A stretch of 64,000 nucleotides of DNA from an uncultured Chloroflexia bacterium (GCA_963819655.1 CAWFXA010000002.1:1344001-1408000), one strand, 5' to 3'; positions 1 through 9,333 are shown, counted from the stretch's first letter. Program-made: numbers and translations. Notes: a model not told the origin generated them from the letters alone.

Positions 1-1021
1 CGAGGTCGACCTGATCACGAAGGACGCCTTCGAGCCGAGCTTGCCGCTGTCGGTCGTCGTCCACATCGACTACCGCAAGGCGCCGCTCGTCGTGCAGCGC
101 TTCGGCGACGTCAAGCGACTTGTCGAGCAGACGCTCGACCCGATGGTGTCGGCGTATTTCAAGAACATCGCCCAGACGCGGACGCTCATCGAGCTGATCC
201 ACGACCGGGCGGCCATCCAGGACCACTCGGGTCTGGAGATGCGCGAGAAGTTCGACCGCTACAACCTCGAGCTCCAAGAGGTCTTGATCGGGACGCCGAC
301 GGAAGGTCGTGGCGGGACGGATCTCGAAACGATCCTCACCCAGCTGCGGTCACGCCAGGTCGCCCTCGAACAGGTCGAGACGTACAGCCGGCAACAGGCC
401 GCGGCCGTCCAGGAGCGCGAGCTCCGCGAGGCGGAGGCGCGCGCTCGGCAGCAAACGACGATCACCGAGTCTGAGCTGTCGATCGCGATCCAGTCGAACC
501 AGGGCCGCGCCGACCTGGCGCGTGCACAGCAACAGGCCGCGCAGATCACCGCCCTGGCGACCGCCCAGGCCGAGCAGACCCGGTTGCTCGGCGCGGGCGA
601 AGCCGACCGGATCAGCACCCTGGCCGGCGCCGAGGCCGAACGTGCCGCGCGCGTCGGCATCGCCCAGGCCATGGCGACCGAAGAGCAGGTTCGCGCTTAT
701 GGCGGGCCCCGCTACCAGCTGACCCAGCAGGTCATGGCGCGGTTCGCCGAAGCGATCGAGCACGCCGGGGTCGACATCGTGCCACGGGTCGTCATCGGCT
801 CGCGGGACGGGCACGACGGCAGCGCTGGACCAAGCGTGACCGGATCGGCGCCGATGGGTGGAAGCGTGTTCGAAGCCTTGCTGGCGATCCTGCTCTCGGA
901 GCGGGCAGGCGTGGACGTCGGCGATGCGGTCGCCGAGCGCAGCCCGGCAGCGGTCGCCGTCCGCGAGGAGCTGACACGCCGACTCGCGGCACGGTCGTCC
1001 GACGAGAACGCGGCTGCTTGA
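1..1021 (+). CDS. SPFH/flotillin-family protein (5' end outside window)
   Basis: Band-7-like segment (VEQTLDPMVSAYFKNIAQ...ELQEVLIG) followed by an Ala/Glu/Gln-rich coiled coil; frame open to the window edge. Confidence 0.8.
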   Translation, partial: EVDLITKDAFEPSLPLSVVVHIDYRKAPLVVQRFGDVKRLVEQTLDPMVSAYFKNIAQTRTLIELIHDRAAIQDHSGLEMREKFDRYNLELQEVLIGTPTEGRGGTDLETILTQLRSRQVALEQVETYSRQQAAAVQERELREAEARARQQTTITESELSIAIQSNQGRADLARAQQQAAQITALATAQAEQTRLLGAGEADRISTLAGAEAERAARVGIAQAMATEEQVRAYGGPRYQLTQQVMARFAEAIEHAGVDIVPRVVIGSRDGHDGSAGPSVTGSAPMGGSVFEALLAILLSERAGVDVGDAVAERSPAAVAVREELTRRLAARSSDENAAA

Positions 1022-1032
1022 CGGGTGGAATC

Positions 1033-1064
1033 ACGAGGCCGGCGGCTTGCGCCGCCGGCCTCGT
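1033..1064. terminator. Hairpin between convergent genes
   Basis: ACGAGGCCGGCGGC-TTGC-GCCGCCGGCCTCGT, a perfect 14 bp stem. Confidence 0.7.
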
Positions 1065-1078
1065 TCCCCCAGCGAGAG

Positions 1079-1618
1079 CTACTTGATCAGGTCGCCGCTC
1101 GGCGCGATGACGTACCAGACGTCGTTGAGGCCCTGGCCCTTCGTCTCGCCGGCCGCGGCGTCATTGGCGAAGTAGTACAGGGTCCACGTCCCGTACTTGA
1201 GCTGCTTGCCGCCGTCGGTCCGGTCGACTGTCGAGAGCTTGCTCGCGTCGAGCCCGGTCCCGACCGTCACGGCCGAGGCGTCCTCGGCGAGCACCGGCGG
1301 CCACGCGGTCGCGCAGTCGTCATAGCACGTCGGGGTGCCTGGCTCGTCCGGGGTGAACCCATAGAGGGTCTTGCCGGCACCGTCGGTGATGATCTGGCCG
1401 AGCGCGCTGTCGGCCACCTTGAGTTCGACCGCGGCGGCGGCCGGCGCCGACGAGGCCGGTGCCTCGGAAGCGGGTGCCTCGGAAGATGGAGCGGCGGACG
1501 GGGCCGCGACCGATGGGGCGGCCGTCGCGCCACCGCCACTGGAGCAGGCTGCGACGATCGCGGCGGTGGCGAGCAGCGCCGGGAGCAGCAGGGAACGTCG
1601 AGGATCCAAAGTCATCAT
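1079..1618 (-). CDS. Lipoprotein with Yx(FWY)xxD repeats (COG4315-like)
   Basis: Lipobox IVAAC, Ala/Pro/Ser linker, motifs TLYGFTPD, CYDDCATAWPP and TLYYFAND. Confidence 0.85.
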   Translation of the reverse strand: MMTLDPRRSLLLPALLATAAIVAACSSGGGATAAPSVAAPSAAPSSEAPASEAPASSAPAAAAVELKVADSALGQIITDGAGKTLYGFTPDEPGTPTCYDDCATAWPPVLAEDASAVTVGTGLDASKLSTVDRTDGGKQLKYGTWTLYYFANDAAAGETKGQGLNDVWYVIAPSGDLIK

Positions 1619-1710
1619 CGTCTCCGTTGTGCAGGCTGGGGTACAGGTTCGGATACGACGGGCTTTTGCCGACTGGTTTCCGATGACGCTCGCCGCGCTA
1701 CCCTCTTCGC

Positions 1711-2619
1711 GTGGCTGCCACCCGAACGACGCGCCCACGGGTCGCGTCCCCGGCCCCGACACCGAACGGTCTCCTCTTCTTCGTCCATGGCGCGAACGAG
1801 ACGTCCGAGGGACTCACCAGGAACGTGGCCCGCATCGAGGACCAGGTCCGGCGCCGCGGCTGGGATGTCGGCGTGGTGGCGCCGGAATGGCGCCGGCGCT
1901 CCGGTCTCCGGCTCGGGAACTGGCGCAAGGCCCTGTACCGCCAGGCGCGTCCGAAACCGATCTCACTGGCGAGCCTGCCGACCGGTGTCGGCAAGGCGTC
2001 CGTCCTGCGCCTCGTCACGAACTACTTCGAGGGCCGTCGCGAGTCGATGCTCGAGACGATGGGCGCCCAGCTTCTCGCCGACGTGATCGGCTACCACCAG
2101 CACCGGGACTCGATCCAGGAGGTGCTGCGCGATGAGCTGGCAAAGGCGAGTCGAGCCGCGCGCGGTCGCCCGGTGCTGCCGGTCGGGTTGAGCCTCGGGG
2201 GGCTCGCGCTCGTCGATCTCGTGGCGTCCTGGCCCGATGCGCCGATCGAGGCGGCTGTGACGGTCGGGTCGCAGGCGCCGCTGCTCTACACGTTCGATGC
2301 GATCCCGTCGATGCCGTACGACGAGGCCGACCCGCCGCATCTGCCCGTCCCGTGGCTGAACATCTACGACAGCCGCGACTTCCTGTCATTCGTGGCCGAG
2401 CCTCTGTTCCGGAGGAGCGACGGGCTGGCAAGCGTGGTGGACCTGCGCGTGCACTCGGGGCGCGACTTCCCCAGGTCGCATAGCGCGTACTGGGAGCTCG
2501 AGCCCGTGTGGGATGCGATCGCGACGGCGTTCGCCTGGAAGCGGACCGAGCGGCTGACGGTCCGCGAGGCGCGCGAGCTCGGGTTCGAGGCGCGGAAGGC
2601 TCCGGCGCCGCGCTCGTAG
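1711..2619 (+). CDS. Alpha/beta hydrolase-fold protein
   Basis: FFVHG, nucleophile elbow GLSLGG, WLNIYDSRD, SHSAYW. Confidence 0.7.
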   Translation: MAATRTTRPRVASPAPTPNGLLFFVHGANETSEGLTRNVARIEDQVRRRGWDVGVVAPEWRRRSGLRLGNWRKALYRQARPKPISLASLPTGVGKASVLRLVTNYFEGRRESMLETMGAQLLADVIGYHQHRDSIQEVLRDELAKASRAARGRPVLPVGLSLGGLALVDLVASWPDAPIEAAVTVGSQAPLLYTFDAIPSMPYDEADPPHLPVPWLNIYDSRDFLSFVAEPLFRRSDGLASVVDLRVHSGRDFPRSHSAYWELEPVWDAIATAFAWKRTERLTVREARELGFEARKAPAPRS

Positions 2620-2717
2620 CGCCTGAGCCGGGCCGCGAGCGGGCGCGGCGGGCTCCGGCGCAGGCGCCCGCGTCGCTAGGCCCGGGCGCCGGTCACCGCT
2701 CGACTTCCGGCCACGGT

Positions 2718-3080
2718 GATCGCTCCAAGCGATCGTTTTGGAGCCGAACGCCCGTGCCGCCCACCCCAGCCGGTTCCGACTCGACATTGATTGCTCAGAG
2801 CCATCGTTTCGGGGCCGAAAGCCGGTCGAGCGCCCCGCCGCAACGCCTCGCCGGCCAGTTCGAACCGATTTCGATCGCTGCGAGCCATCGTTTGCACAGG
2901 AAGGCCGCCCCGTCGGCGATTTCGAGCCGGATTCGATCGCTCCGAGGGATCGCCAGGGCGTTGGAGGGCCGCCGAGCCCTCAGTCGACCCGCAATCGATG
3001 GCTCTAAGCCATCGCAAGCTCGCCCAGGGGCGCAGCGGCGGCGCGCCTGCCGGTTTCGAGCCGGATCCGATCGCTCACAT
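2718..3080. repeat. Cluster of degenerate ~22 bp repeats (consensus GATCGCTnnGAGCCATCGTTT)
   Basis: Copies start at 2718, 2789, 2873 and 2935, with a partial copy at 3069 and an inverted copy at 2992-3013. Confidence 0.6.
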
Positions 3081-3111
3081 CGCTGGGACATCCACGCGCG
3101 ATTCGACAGGC

Positions 3112-3127
3112 TAGAACATCCGTTCTA
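3112..3127. promoter_or_regulatory. LexA (SOS) box overlapping the promoter of the radical SAM gene
   Basis: TAGAAC-ATCC-GTTCTA palindrome (GAAC-N4-GTTC) abutting a -10-like TATTCT at 3126-3131. Confidence 0.8.
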
Positions 3128-3140
3128 TTCTGACACGACC

Positions 3141-4058
3141 ATGCGGCCGACATACCGGGACGAGCCTTGCCGCACCGCCCTGAACCGCGTCCGGAACATG
3201 GGCTTCAAGTGGTCGCTCAACCCGTACATGGGCTGCGCCCACAAGTGCACGTTCTGCTTCGTCCGGGCGTTCGAGAAGGTCGCCGACCGTCCGTTCGACG
3301 CGCGCTACGGCACCTCGATCCGAGTCAAGACCAACGTCGTCGAGGTCCTCCGGCGTGAATTGGCGCGCAAGTCGTGGAAGCGTGAGCAGGTCGTCGTCGG
3401 CACCGCGACGGACCCGTACCAGCCCGCCGAGGGCCGCTTTCGCCTGACCCGCGGCGCGGTCGAGGCATTGGCCGAACGTGCCACACCGATCGGCATCATC
3501 ACGCGTGGGCCACTCATCGTCCGCGACGTCGACGTGCTGGTCGAGGCCTCGCGACGCGCCAAAGTCAGCGTGACGTTCTCGATCCCGACCCTGGATCCCG
3601 AGATCTGGAGGCGGACCGAGCCAGGCACCGCCCCGCCGCGCCAGCGGCTGCGCGCGATCCGAACCCTCATCGACGCCGGACTGGATGCGAGCGTCGGGAT
3701 GGCCCCGATCCTGCCGGGCTTATCGGACGATCCGGCCAAGATGGCGGACGTGATTCGGGCGGCGCGCGACGCCGGTGCCACGGCGGTCTGGGCGAACGTC
3801 CTGTACTTGCGACCAGGGACCCGCGAGCACTTCCTGGAGAACCTGGCGCGGGATTGGCCGGCACTCGTGCCGCTGTACCAGCGCCTGTACGACGGCCGGG
3901 CCTATGTGGAGAAGTCGGTGCTGGGCATCGTCAAGGGCCAGGTCCGCGACCTCGCGTCGAGCCACGGCATCGCGGATCGGCGGGCCCGACCCGTCGTCCC
4001 TCGGCCGGAGCCGCTCGCCGAACAACTGCCGTTGTTCGCGTTCGCTTCGGGCGCCTAG
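3141..4058 (+). CDS. Radical SAM protein, SplB-like/Rv2578c-like DNA-repair family
   Basis: NPYMGCAHKCTFCF (CxxxCxxC), GTATDPYQPAE, EPGTAPPRQR; ATG at 3141. Confidence 0.9.
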   Translation: MRPTYRDEPCRTALNRVRNMGFKWSLNPYMGCAHKCTFCFVRAFEKVADRPFDARYGTSIRVKTNVVEVLRRELARKSWKREQVVVGTATDPYQPAEGRFRLTRGAVEALAERATPIGIITRGPLIVRDVDVLVEASRRAKVSVTFSIPTLDPEIWRRTEPGTAPPRQRLRAIRTLIDAGLDASVGMAPILPGLSDDPAKMADVIRAARDAGATAVWANVLYLRPGTREHFLENLARDWPALVPLYQRLYDGRAYVEKSVLGIVKGQVRDLASSHGIADRRARPVVPRPEPLAEQLPLFAFASGA

Positions 4059-4065
4059 GTGCGGC

Positions 4066-4458
4066 TCAGCCTCGCTGCGGCTCCCCGGGCCAGCGCGGCG
4101 TTCGAGGTTCGGAGCGAGGGAGGGCATCCCAGTCGGCACGGACCGGCGAGAAGATGTCGACCACCACGGCGCCCTCCGGCCCCGCCACCGCGTCGTGCGA
4201 CAGGTTGGACGGGATCCGCCACGTCCCACCCGGGCCGAGCGCGCGACGCTCGCCGTCGATCGTGAATGTGATCGCGCCCTCGATGCACACGCCGAGCTGC
4301 TCGTGCTCGTGGCGATGCTCAGGCACGATCGCGCCAGGACCAAGCTCCACCAGGGCGAGGCTCGCGTTGTTCCCGACGATGACCCGCGCCTGGACCGTGT
4401 CGCCCCAGACGTCGAGCGCCGGCACGTCACCGATGTCCCGCAGATTCGAGTCGACCAT
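4066..4458 (-). CDS. Cupin domain protein
   Basis: PEHRHEHEQ, IPSNLSH, DIFSPVR. Confidence 0.85.
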   Translation of the reverse strand: MVDSNLRDIGDVPALDVWGDTVQARVIVGNNASLALVELGPGAIVPEHRHEHEQLGVCIEGAITFTIDGERRALGPGGTWRIPSNLSHDAVAGPEGAVVVDIFSPVRADWDALPRSEPRTPRWPGEPQRG

Positions 4459-4467
4459 GATGTCGAC

Positions 4468-4486
4468 AGCCTAGCGCCGCTAGGCT
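4468..4486. promoter_or_regulatory. Symmetric bidirectional -10 element
   Basis: AGCCTAGCG-C-CGCTAGGCT gives TAGGCT on each strand, 7-9 nt before the two divergent starts. Confidence 0.5.
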
Positions 4487-4493
4487 TCGGCCC

Positions 4494-5732
4494 GTGGAGA
4501 TCTCCCGCCAGACGGCCCGCCGGTTCATCCTCGGGCGGCAGGGCCTTTGGCCGGGCCGGCGCTGGCGCGCCCTGACCGGCACCGAGCGCGCGATGCGCGC
4601 CATGGAGCACCTCCAGCTCGACCCGCTGGCGATCATGGCGCGCGCCCAGGATCTGATGCTCCATAGCCGGGTCATCGACTATCGACCCGACGACTGGGCG
4701 ACGCTGACGTACGGCCGCCGCCGCTTCTTCGACTGGGGCGGCTGGCTGGCGGTCCGCCCGATGGAGGAGATGCCGTACTGGCGACGGCTCATGCGCCGGG
4801 AGCGGGAGAACGGCCACTGGCGCGAGGTCGAGCACGAGCACCACGCCGCGATCGTCGAGATGCGCGCGACTCTCCGCGAGAGGGGCACGGTCACCAATCG
4901 CGACTTCGCGATGCACACGCGCCAACGGACCGACAACTATCGAGGTCGCAAGGACAGTGCCGTCGCGCTCTACTACCTGTGGCGCGTCGGCGACGCGATG
5001 GTCCATCACCGCGAGCGGTTCGAGCGCGTCTACGCGCCGACCGAGGCGATCGTCCCGCCCGACCTGCTCCGCGAGGCGTCCGACGCGGAGACTGACGATT
5101 TCATGCGTCGCAAACACGTCGCGTTCGAAGGCCTGTCCGCGCTCACCGGGTCGTACGCGTCGTACCAGCGAGGCGATCGTCGAGAGGTCATCGGTTGGCG
5201 CGAGCGAGCCGTCGAAAAAGGCGACCTTCTCGAGGTGTTCGTGGAAGGCTGGCGCGGTCCTCGCTGGGCCCTCGCAGAGGACGCCGAGAACCTGGCGACC
5301 GTCGAGGCGGGTCGTATCCCGCGCGGTTGGCGGCCGCTGGACACCACGACGGCGGAGGAGGCGACCTTCCTCGCTCCGCTCGATCCGGTCAGCGCGCGCA
5401 AGCGCGCGAAGCAACTGTTCGACTTCGAGTACATCTGGGAGGTCTACACGCCCGCTCCGAAGCGGCAGTTCGGCTACTACGCGTTGCCTGTCCTGTGGGG
5501 CGATCGACTCGTCGCGCGGTTCGACGGGCGGTTCGAGCGCCAGACCTCGACCTTCGCGATCCTGGGTCTGTGGCTCGAGAACGAAGCGCTCGCCACCGAC
5601 GACGCGTTCGTCGAGGCATTCGCACGCGGTATGGAGCGGATGCAACGGTTCCTCGGCGCGGAGCGGCTCGCCACGGCCGGGGTCCCATACCGCGACATCC
5701 GTCGTCGGCTCGACGCTGTGCGACCCGGCTAG
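4494..5732 (+). CDS. YcaQ/AlkZ-family crosslink-repair DNA glycosylase (HTH_42)
   Basis: LQLDP (QxD), LAPLDP, LFDFEYIWEVYTPAPKRQFGYYALPVLWGD. Confidence 0.9.
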   Translation: MEISRQTARRFILGRQGLWPGRRWRALTGTERAMRAMEHLQLDPLAIMARAQDLMLHSRVIDYRPDDWATLTYGRRRFFDWGGWLAVRPMEEMPYWRRLMRRERENGHWREVEHEHHAAIVEMRATLRERGTVTNRDFAMHTRQRTDNYRGRKDSAVALYYLWRVGDAMVHHRERFERVYAPTEAIVPPDLLREASDAETDDFMRRKHVAFEGLSALTGSYASYQRGDRREVIGWRERAVEKGDLLEVFVEGWRGPRWALAEDAENLATVEAGRIPRGWRPLDTTTAEEATFLAPLDPVSARKRAKQLFDFEYIWEVYTPAPKRQFGYYALPVLWGDRLVARFDGRFERQTSTFAILGLWLENEALATDDAFVEAFARGMERMQRFLGAERLATAGVPYRDIRRRLDAVRPG

Positions 5733-7006
5733 GCGTCGACCAGGCGCGCTGCGCGATCTTCCAGATAGCGTCGCTCGGGGAGGCTCGTCGTTCGGCGCGC
5801 GGCGAGCCGGTAGGCGGCCCGCGCGGCGTCTCGGTCGCCGGCCATCTCGAGCAGATGCGCGCGGACCGCTTCGAGGCGATGGTGCCGTGCGATCCGCTCG
5901 TCCGTCTCGAGGGGGGCCAGCATGCGCAGGCCTGCCTCAGGTCCGTTCACCATCGCCGCGGCCACGGCGTGGTTCAGCGTGATCATCGGGTTGGGCGACA
6001 CCTGATCCAGCAACCGGTAGAGGCTGAGAATCTGGGGCCAGTCGGTATCCTCGGCCGTCGCCGCCTCATCGTGGATCGCGGCGATCGCGGCCTGGAGCTG
6101 GTACGGCCCGATCATCCCGAGCGGCAGGGTCGCGGTGATCAGGTCGACGCCCTCGCGGATCGCGACCGGATCCCACTGAGAGCGGTCCTGCTCCGCGAGC
6201 GGCACGAGACTCCCGTCGGGCCGTGTGCGGGCAGCGCGGCGCGCGTCGGTCAGCAGCATGAGTGCCAGCAGGCCGGCCACCTCGGCGTCCTCGGGGAGTC
6301 GCCGATGGACATCGCGCGTGATCCGGATCGCCTCGGCGGCGAGCTCCGGCCGTTGCAGATCGTCCCCGGACGAGGCCGTATAGCCCTCGTTGAAGATCAG
6401 GTACAGGACGTGGAGCACGACCCGCAGACGGTCGGCGCGCTCGGTCTCGGGAGGCATCTCGAAGCGGGCACCGGCCGTCCTGATGCTCGCCTTGGCGCGA
6501 CTGATGCGTTGCGCCATCGTCGCCTCGGGCACGAGGAAGGCCGACGCGATCTGCGCCGTCGTGAGACCCCCGACCGCCCGCAGCGTCAGCGCGAGCTGCG
6601 ACGCGGGCGACAGCGACGGGTGGCAGCACATGAACAGGAGCGTCAGGGCATCGTCCTCGTGTTCGGCGACCTCGGCGGCGTCGGGTGCCGGGACCTGCCA
6701 GGCCTCGGGTGGCATCATCGCGATGGCGGCCGTCTCGCGTCGCTGGCGCGCGGCGTCGCCACGCATCTGGTCGAGCAGGCGCCGCGAGGCGATCGTGATC
6801 AGCCAGCCGCGCGGGTTGTCCGGGATGCCCTCTTCTGGCCATTGCCGCGACGCCGCGAGCAACGCCTCCTGCACCGCGTCCTCGCACGCATCGAACTGGC
6901 CGTTCCGGCGCGTGAGCGCGGCGAGGGCCTGCGGCGCCAGCTGGCGGAGCAGGTCCTCGATGTCGGCCGAGGACGTGGCGGTCGAAGCCGGGTCGGGCCG
7001 GCTCAC
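5729..7006 (-). CDS. ECF sigma factor with long C-terminal extension (ECF42-like)
   Basis: EDAVQEA, LLFMCCHPSL, LYLIFNEGY, QDRSQWD, GPYQLQAAIAAIH; coupled to yciI. Confidence 0.9.
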   Translation of the reverse strand: MSRPDPASTATSSADIEDLLRQLAPQALAALTRRNGQFDACEDAVQEALLAASRQWPEEGIPDNPRGWLITIASRRLLDQMRGDAARQRRETAAIAMMPPEAWQVPAPDAAEVAEHEDDALTLLFMCCHPSLSPASQLALTLRAVGGLTTAQIASAFLVPEATMAQRISRAKASIRTAGARFEMPPETERADRLRVVLHVLYLIFNEGYTASSGDDLQRPELAAEAIRITRDVHRRLPEDAEVAGLLALMLLTDARRAARTRPDGSLVPLAEQDRSQWDPVAIREGVDLITATLPLGMIGPYQLQAAIAAIHDEAATAEDTDWPQILSLYRLLDQVSPNPMITLNHAVAAAMVNGPEAGLRMLAPLETDERIARHHRLEAVRAHLLEMAGDRDAARAAYRLAARRTTSLPERRYLEDRAARLVDA

Positions 7007-7353
7007 ATCTCCGTGCCCGCATCCTCCATGACGGGCCGGATCTCGACCACACCGTATTCGGAAAGCGGGCCGGCGATCTCCTTGGCCCGGTCGAGGCTCT
7101 CAACATCGACCAGGAAGATGCCGGCCAGCTGCTCCTTGACCTCGCCGAACGGTCCGTCGGTCACGGCCGGCGTGCCGTCGCGAAACTCGATGAACGTGCG
7201 CTCGTTGCCGAGACCCTCGACCCGGATCAGTTCGCCGGAGGCCTTGGTTTCGTTGATCGCGGTGTAGTGATTGCCGAGCACCCGATCTGCCTCCTCCGCG
7301 GGCAGGGTCTCCCAGAACGCCATATTCGAGTGGATCAGGATCATGTACTTCAC
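7003..7353 (-). CDS. YciI/DGPF-family protein
   Basis: TDGPFGEVKEQLAG, VEIRPV; GTG start after AAGGAG. Confidence 0.9.
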   Translation of the reverse strand: MKYMILIHSNMAFWETLPAEEADRVLGNHYTAINETKASGELIRVEGLGNERTFIEFRDGTPAVTDGPFGEVKEQLAGIFLVDVESLDRAKEIAGPLSEYGVVEIRPVMEDAGTEM

Positions 7354-7403
7354 GGATCGCTCCTTGTGCGCGCGATGCCGCATGAGGGCATCGTCACAGG
7401 AAG

Positions 7404-7474
7404 GTCGAGGCTGGGCGTGGATCCTCGACATTTTGTCCGAGATCCGATGTCGAGAACCGTCGGCCGGCTCCGAC
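7404..7474. promoter_or_regulatory. Two back-to-back ECF42-type promoters
   Basis: TGTCGA-N17-CGAC on the - strand (7430-7404) and on the + strand (7448-7474). Confidence 0.65.
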
Positions 7475-7529
7475 TACATGGTGACGCACCCTCACCGGGC
7501 GCCAACGAACTCACGAAGGAGCAAATCAG

Positions 7530-8078
7530 ATGCGCAAGATCATCGCCGGTCTCTTCATCTCCCTCGACGGAGTCGTCGAGGCTCCGCAGGACTGGCACTT
7601 CCCGTACTTCAACGACGAGATGGGCGAAGCGGTCGCCGCCCAGGCGGACGCCGCCGATACGATGCTGTTCGGCCGGAACACGTTCGAGGAGTTCGCCGGC
7701 TTCTGGCCCGAGCAGGGCAGCGACGTGCCGTTCGCAGACGTCATCAACAAGACGCCGAAGGTGCTCGTCTCGACGACCCTCAAGAGCGTCGAGTGGGGCC
7801 CGACGACGATCGTCAGCGACGACGTCATCGAGGCCGTGAGAGCCCTGAAGCAACAGCCCGGCAAGGCCATCTCGATCACCGGCAGCCCGACGCTCGTGCG
7901 CTCGCTGTTGCGAGCGGGCCTCCTCGACGAGCTCCGCCTGCTGGTGCACCCGATCGTGGTCGGGCACGGCAAGCGGCTGTTCGAGACCGAGGACCAGCCC
8001 ATCCCTCTCCGCCTCGTCGAGTCGAAGACGTTCACGACCGGCGTCCAGGCCATGACCTACGCACCGGCAGCCGAATAG
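7530..8078 (+). CDS. Dihydrofolate reductase/RibD C-terminal family protein
   Basis: ISLDGV, LFGRNTF, GSPTLVRSL, HPIVVGHGKRLF. Confidence 0.9.
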   Translation: MRKIIAGLFISLDGVVEAPQDWHFPYFNDEMGEAVAAQADAADTMLFGRNTFEEFAGFWPEQGSDVPFADVINKTPKVLVSTTLKSVEWGPTTIVSDDVIEAVRALKQQPGKAISITGSPTLVRSLLRAGLLDELRLLVHPIVVGHGKRLFETEDQPIPLRLVESKTFTTGVQAMTYAPAAE

Positions 8079-8119
8079 CAGTTCCCCCAGAATCCCGACA
8101 CGACACAAGGAGGACTTCG

Positions 8120-8914
8120 ATGTCCAGCACGACGCTCCAGTACGTGACCTCCAAAGACGGCACGACCATCGCCTACGACCGCCTCGGAGACGGACCTCCC
8201 GTCGTCCTGGTGAGCGGTGGCTCGGTCGATCGGTCGTCGAATGCCGGACTCGCCGAACAGCTCGCAACCGACTTCACGGTGTTCAACTACGACCGCCGCG
8301 GCCGCGGTCCGTCGGGAGATACCCAGCCGTACGAGATCGAGCGCGAGATCGAGGACATCGATGCGGTGATCGGCGCGGCCGGTGGCTCGGCCGGCCTGTA
8401 CGGGACATCCTCGGGTGCAGCGCTGGCGCTGCTCGCGACGGCCGCCGGCTCACCCGTGACGAAGCTTGCGCTGTGGGAACCGCCGTACATCGTCGACGAC
8501 AGCCGTCCCCGGCCGCCGGCCGACACGGCCAGGATCTATCGCGATCTGGTCGCGCAGGATCGCCGCGGCGACGCGGTCGAGTACTTCATGGCCAAGGTCG
8601 TGGGAATGCCCGAGGAGTTCGTGGCCTCCGCTCGGTCGCAGCCGTGGTGGCCGTGGCAGGAAGCCCTGGCCCACACGCTCGCCTACGACGCCGAGATCAT
8701 GGGCGACTACTCGCTGCCGGTCGACAAGATCACGTCCGTGAAGGTGCCGACGCTCGTCCTGGTCGGCGCCGCGAGCTTCGACTTCTTCGGTCCGACGGCC
8801 AAGGCGCTCGTCGAGGCGATTCCAAACGCCGAGGTCAAGACCCTCGAAGGCCAGGAGCACAACGTCGATCCGACGGTCCTGGCCCCGGTCCTGGCCGAGT
8901 TCTTCGGTCGCTGA
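8120..8914 (+). CDS. Alpha/beta hydrolase
   Basis: SKDGTTIAY, YDRRGRG, GTSSG; RBS AAGGAGG. Confidence 0.9.
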   Translation: MSSTTLQYVTSKDGTTIAYDRLGDGPPVVLVSGGSVDRSSNAGLAEQLATDFTVFNYDRRGRGPSGDTQPYEIEREIEDIDAVIGAAGGSAGLYGTSSGAALALLATAAGSPVTKLALWEPPYIVDDSRPRPPADTARIYRDLVAQDRRGDAVEYFMAKVVGMPEEFVASARSQPWWPWQEALAHTLAYDAEIMGDYSLPVDKITSVKVPTLVLVGAASFDFFGPTAKALVEAIPNAEVKTLEGQEHNVDPTVLAPVLAEFFGR

Positions 8915-9005
8915 CCGCAGCCTCGTTCCTCTCGCGCCCCGGCCCCCGTCGGTAGGTCGGGGCGCATCCGCGTCCCTCTCGCGCACCCGTTTACACGCGG
9001 GCTGT

Positions 9006-9066
9006 TCTGGTCCTCGTCCGTGCCATGTGACCGGACCTGTCCAGCGAACCAGATTCGCGCGATGCT
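9006..9066 (+). promoter_or_regulatory. MocR-type operator/promoter, copy 1
   Basis: TCTGGTCCTCGT..CGGACCT..ACCAG..GATGCT with the same spacing as copy 2. Confidence 0.65.
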
Positions 9067-9099
9067 GCCTCCACGCCACACAGATGGAGGTCACCACCG

Positions 9100-9333
9100 A
9101 TGTACGAGTCCATCCTCCAGGTCCGCGTCGAGGACATCCACGCCGAGATGCTGCGAGATGCCGCGAACTGGCGGCTCGCCAAGCAGGCCCGCGACGGACG
9201 GCATCAGGCCGGCTTCAGCGCCCGGATCCGCCAAGCGCTCGCCCTCGTGATCCGCGCTCAGTCGAGCGCGGCGAGTGCGTCGGCCACGAGCCGCACGCCC
9301 TCCTCGATCTCCGATGCCGTGACGGCGCCGTAG
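9100..9333 (+). CDS. Small hypothetical protein (77 aa)
   Basis: GGAGGT RBS and upstream operator; the 3' end overlaps the convergent MocR gene. Confidence 0.55.
   Translation: MYESILQVRVEDIHAEMLRDAANWRLAKQARDGRHQAGFSARIRQALALVIRAQSSAASASATSRTPSSISDAVTAP

Noticed and set aside
2718-3080. CRISPR array
   Set aside because: The repeats are degenerate, irregularly spaced and of mixed orientation, and there are no cas genes in the window.
2508-3140. Long N-terminal extension of the radical SAM ORF
   Set aside because: Low-complexity Arg/Ala/Pro translation across a repeat region; the promoter and LexA box place the start at 3141.
3720-7267. Long ORFs of 641 and 690 aa (3720-5645 - and 5195-7267 +)
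   Set aside because: Shadow ORFs overlapping real high-GC genes, with no family motifs.
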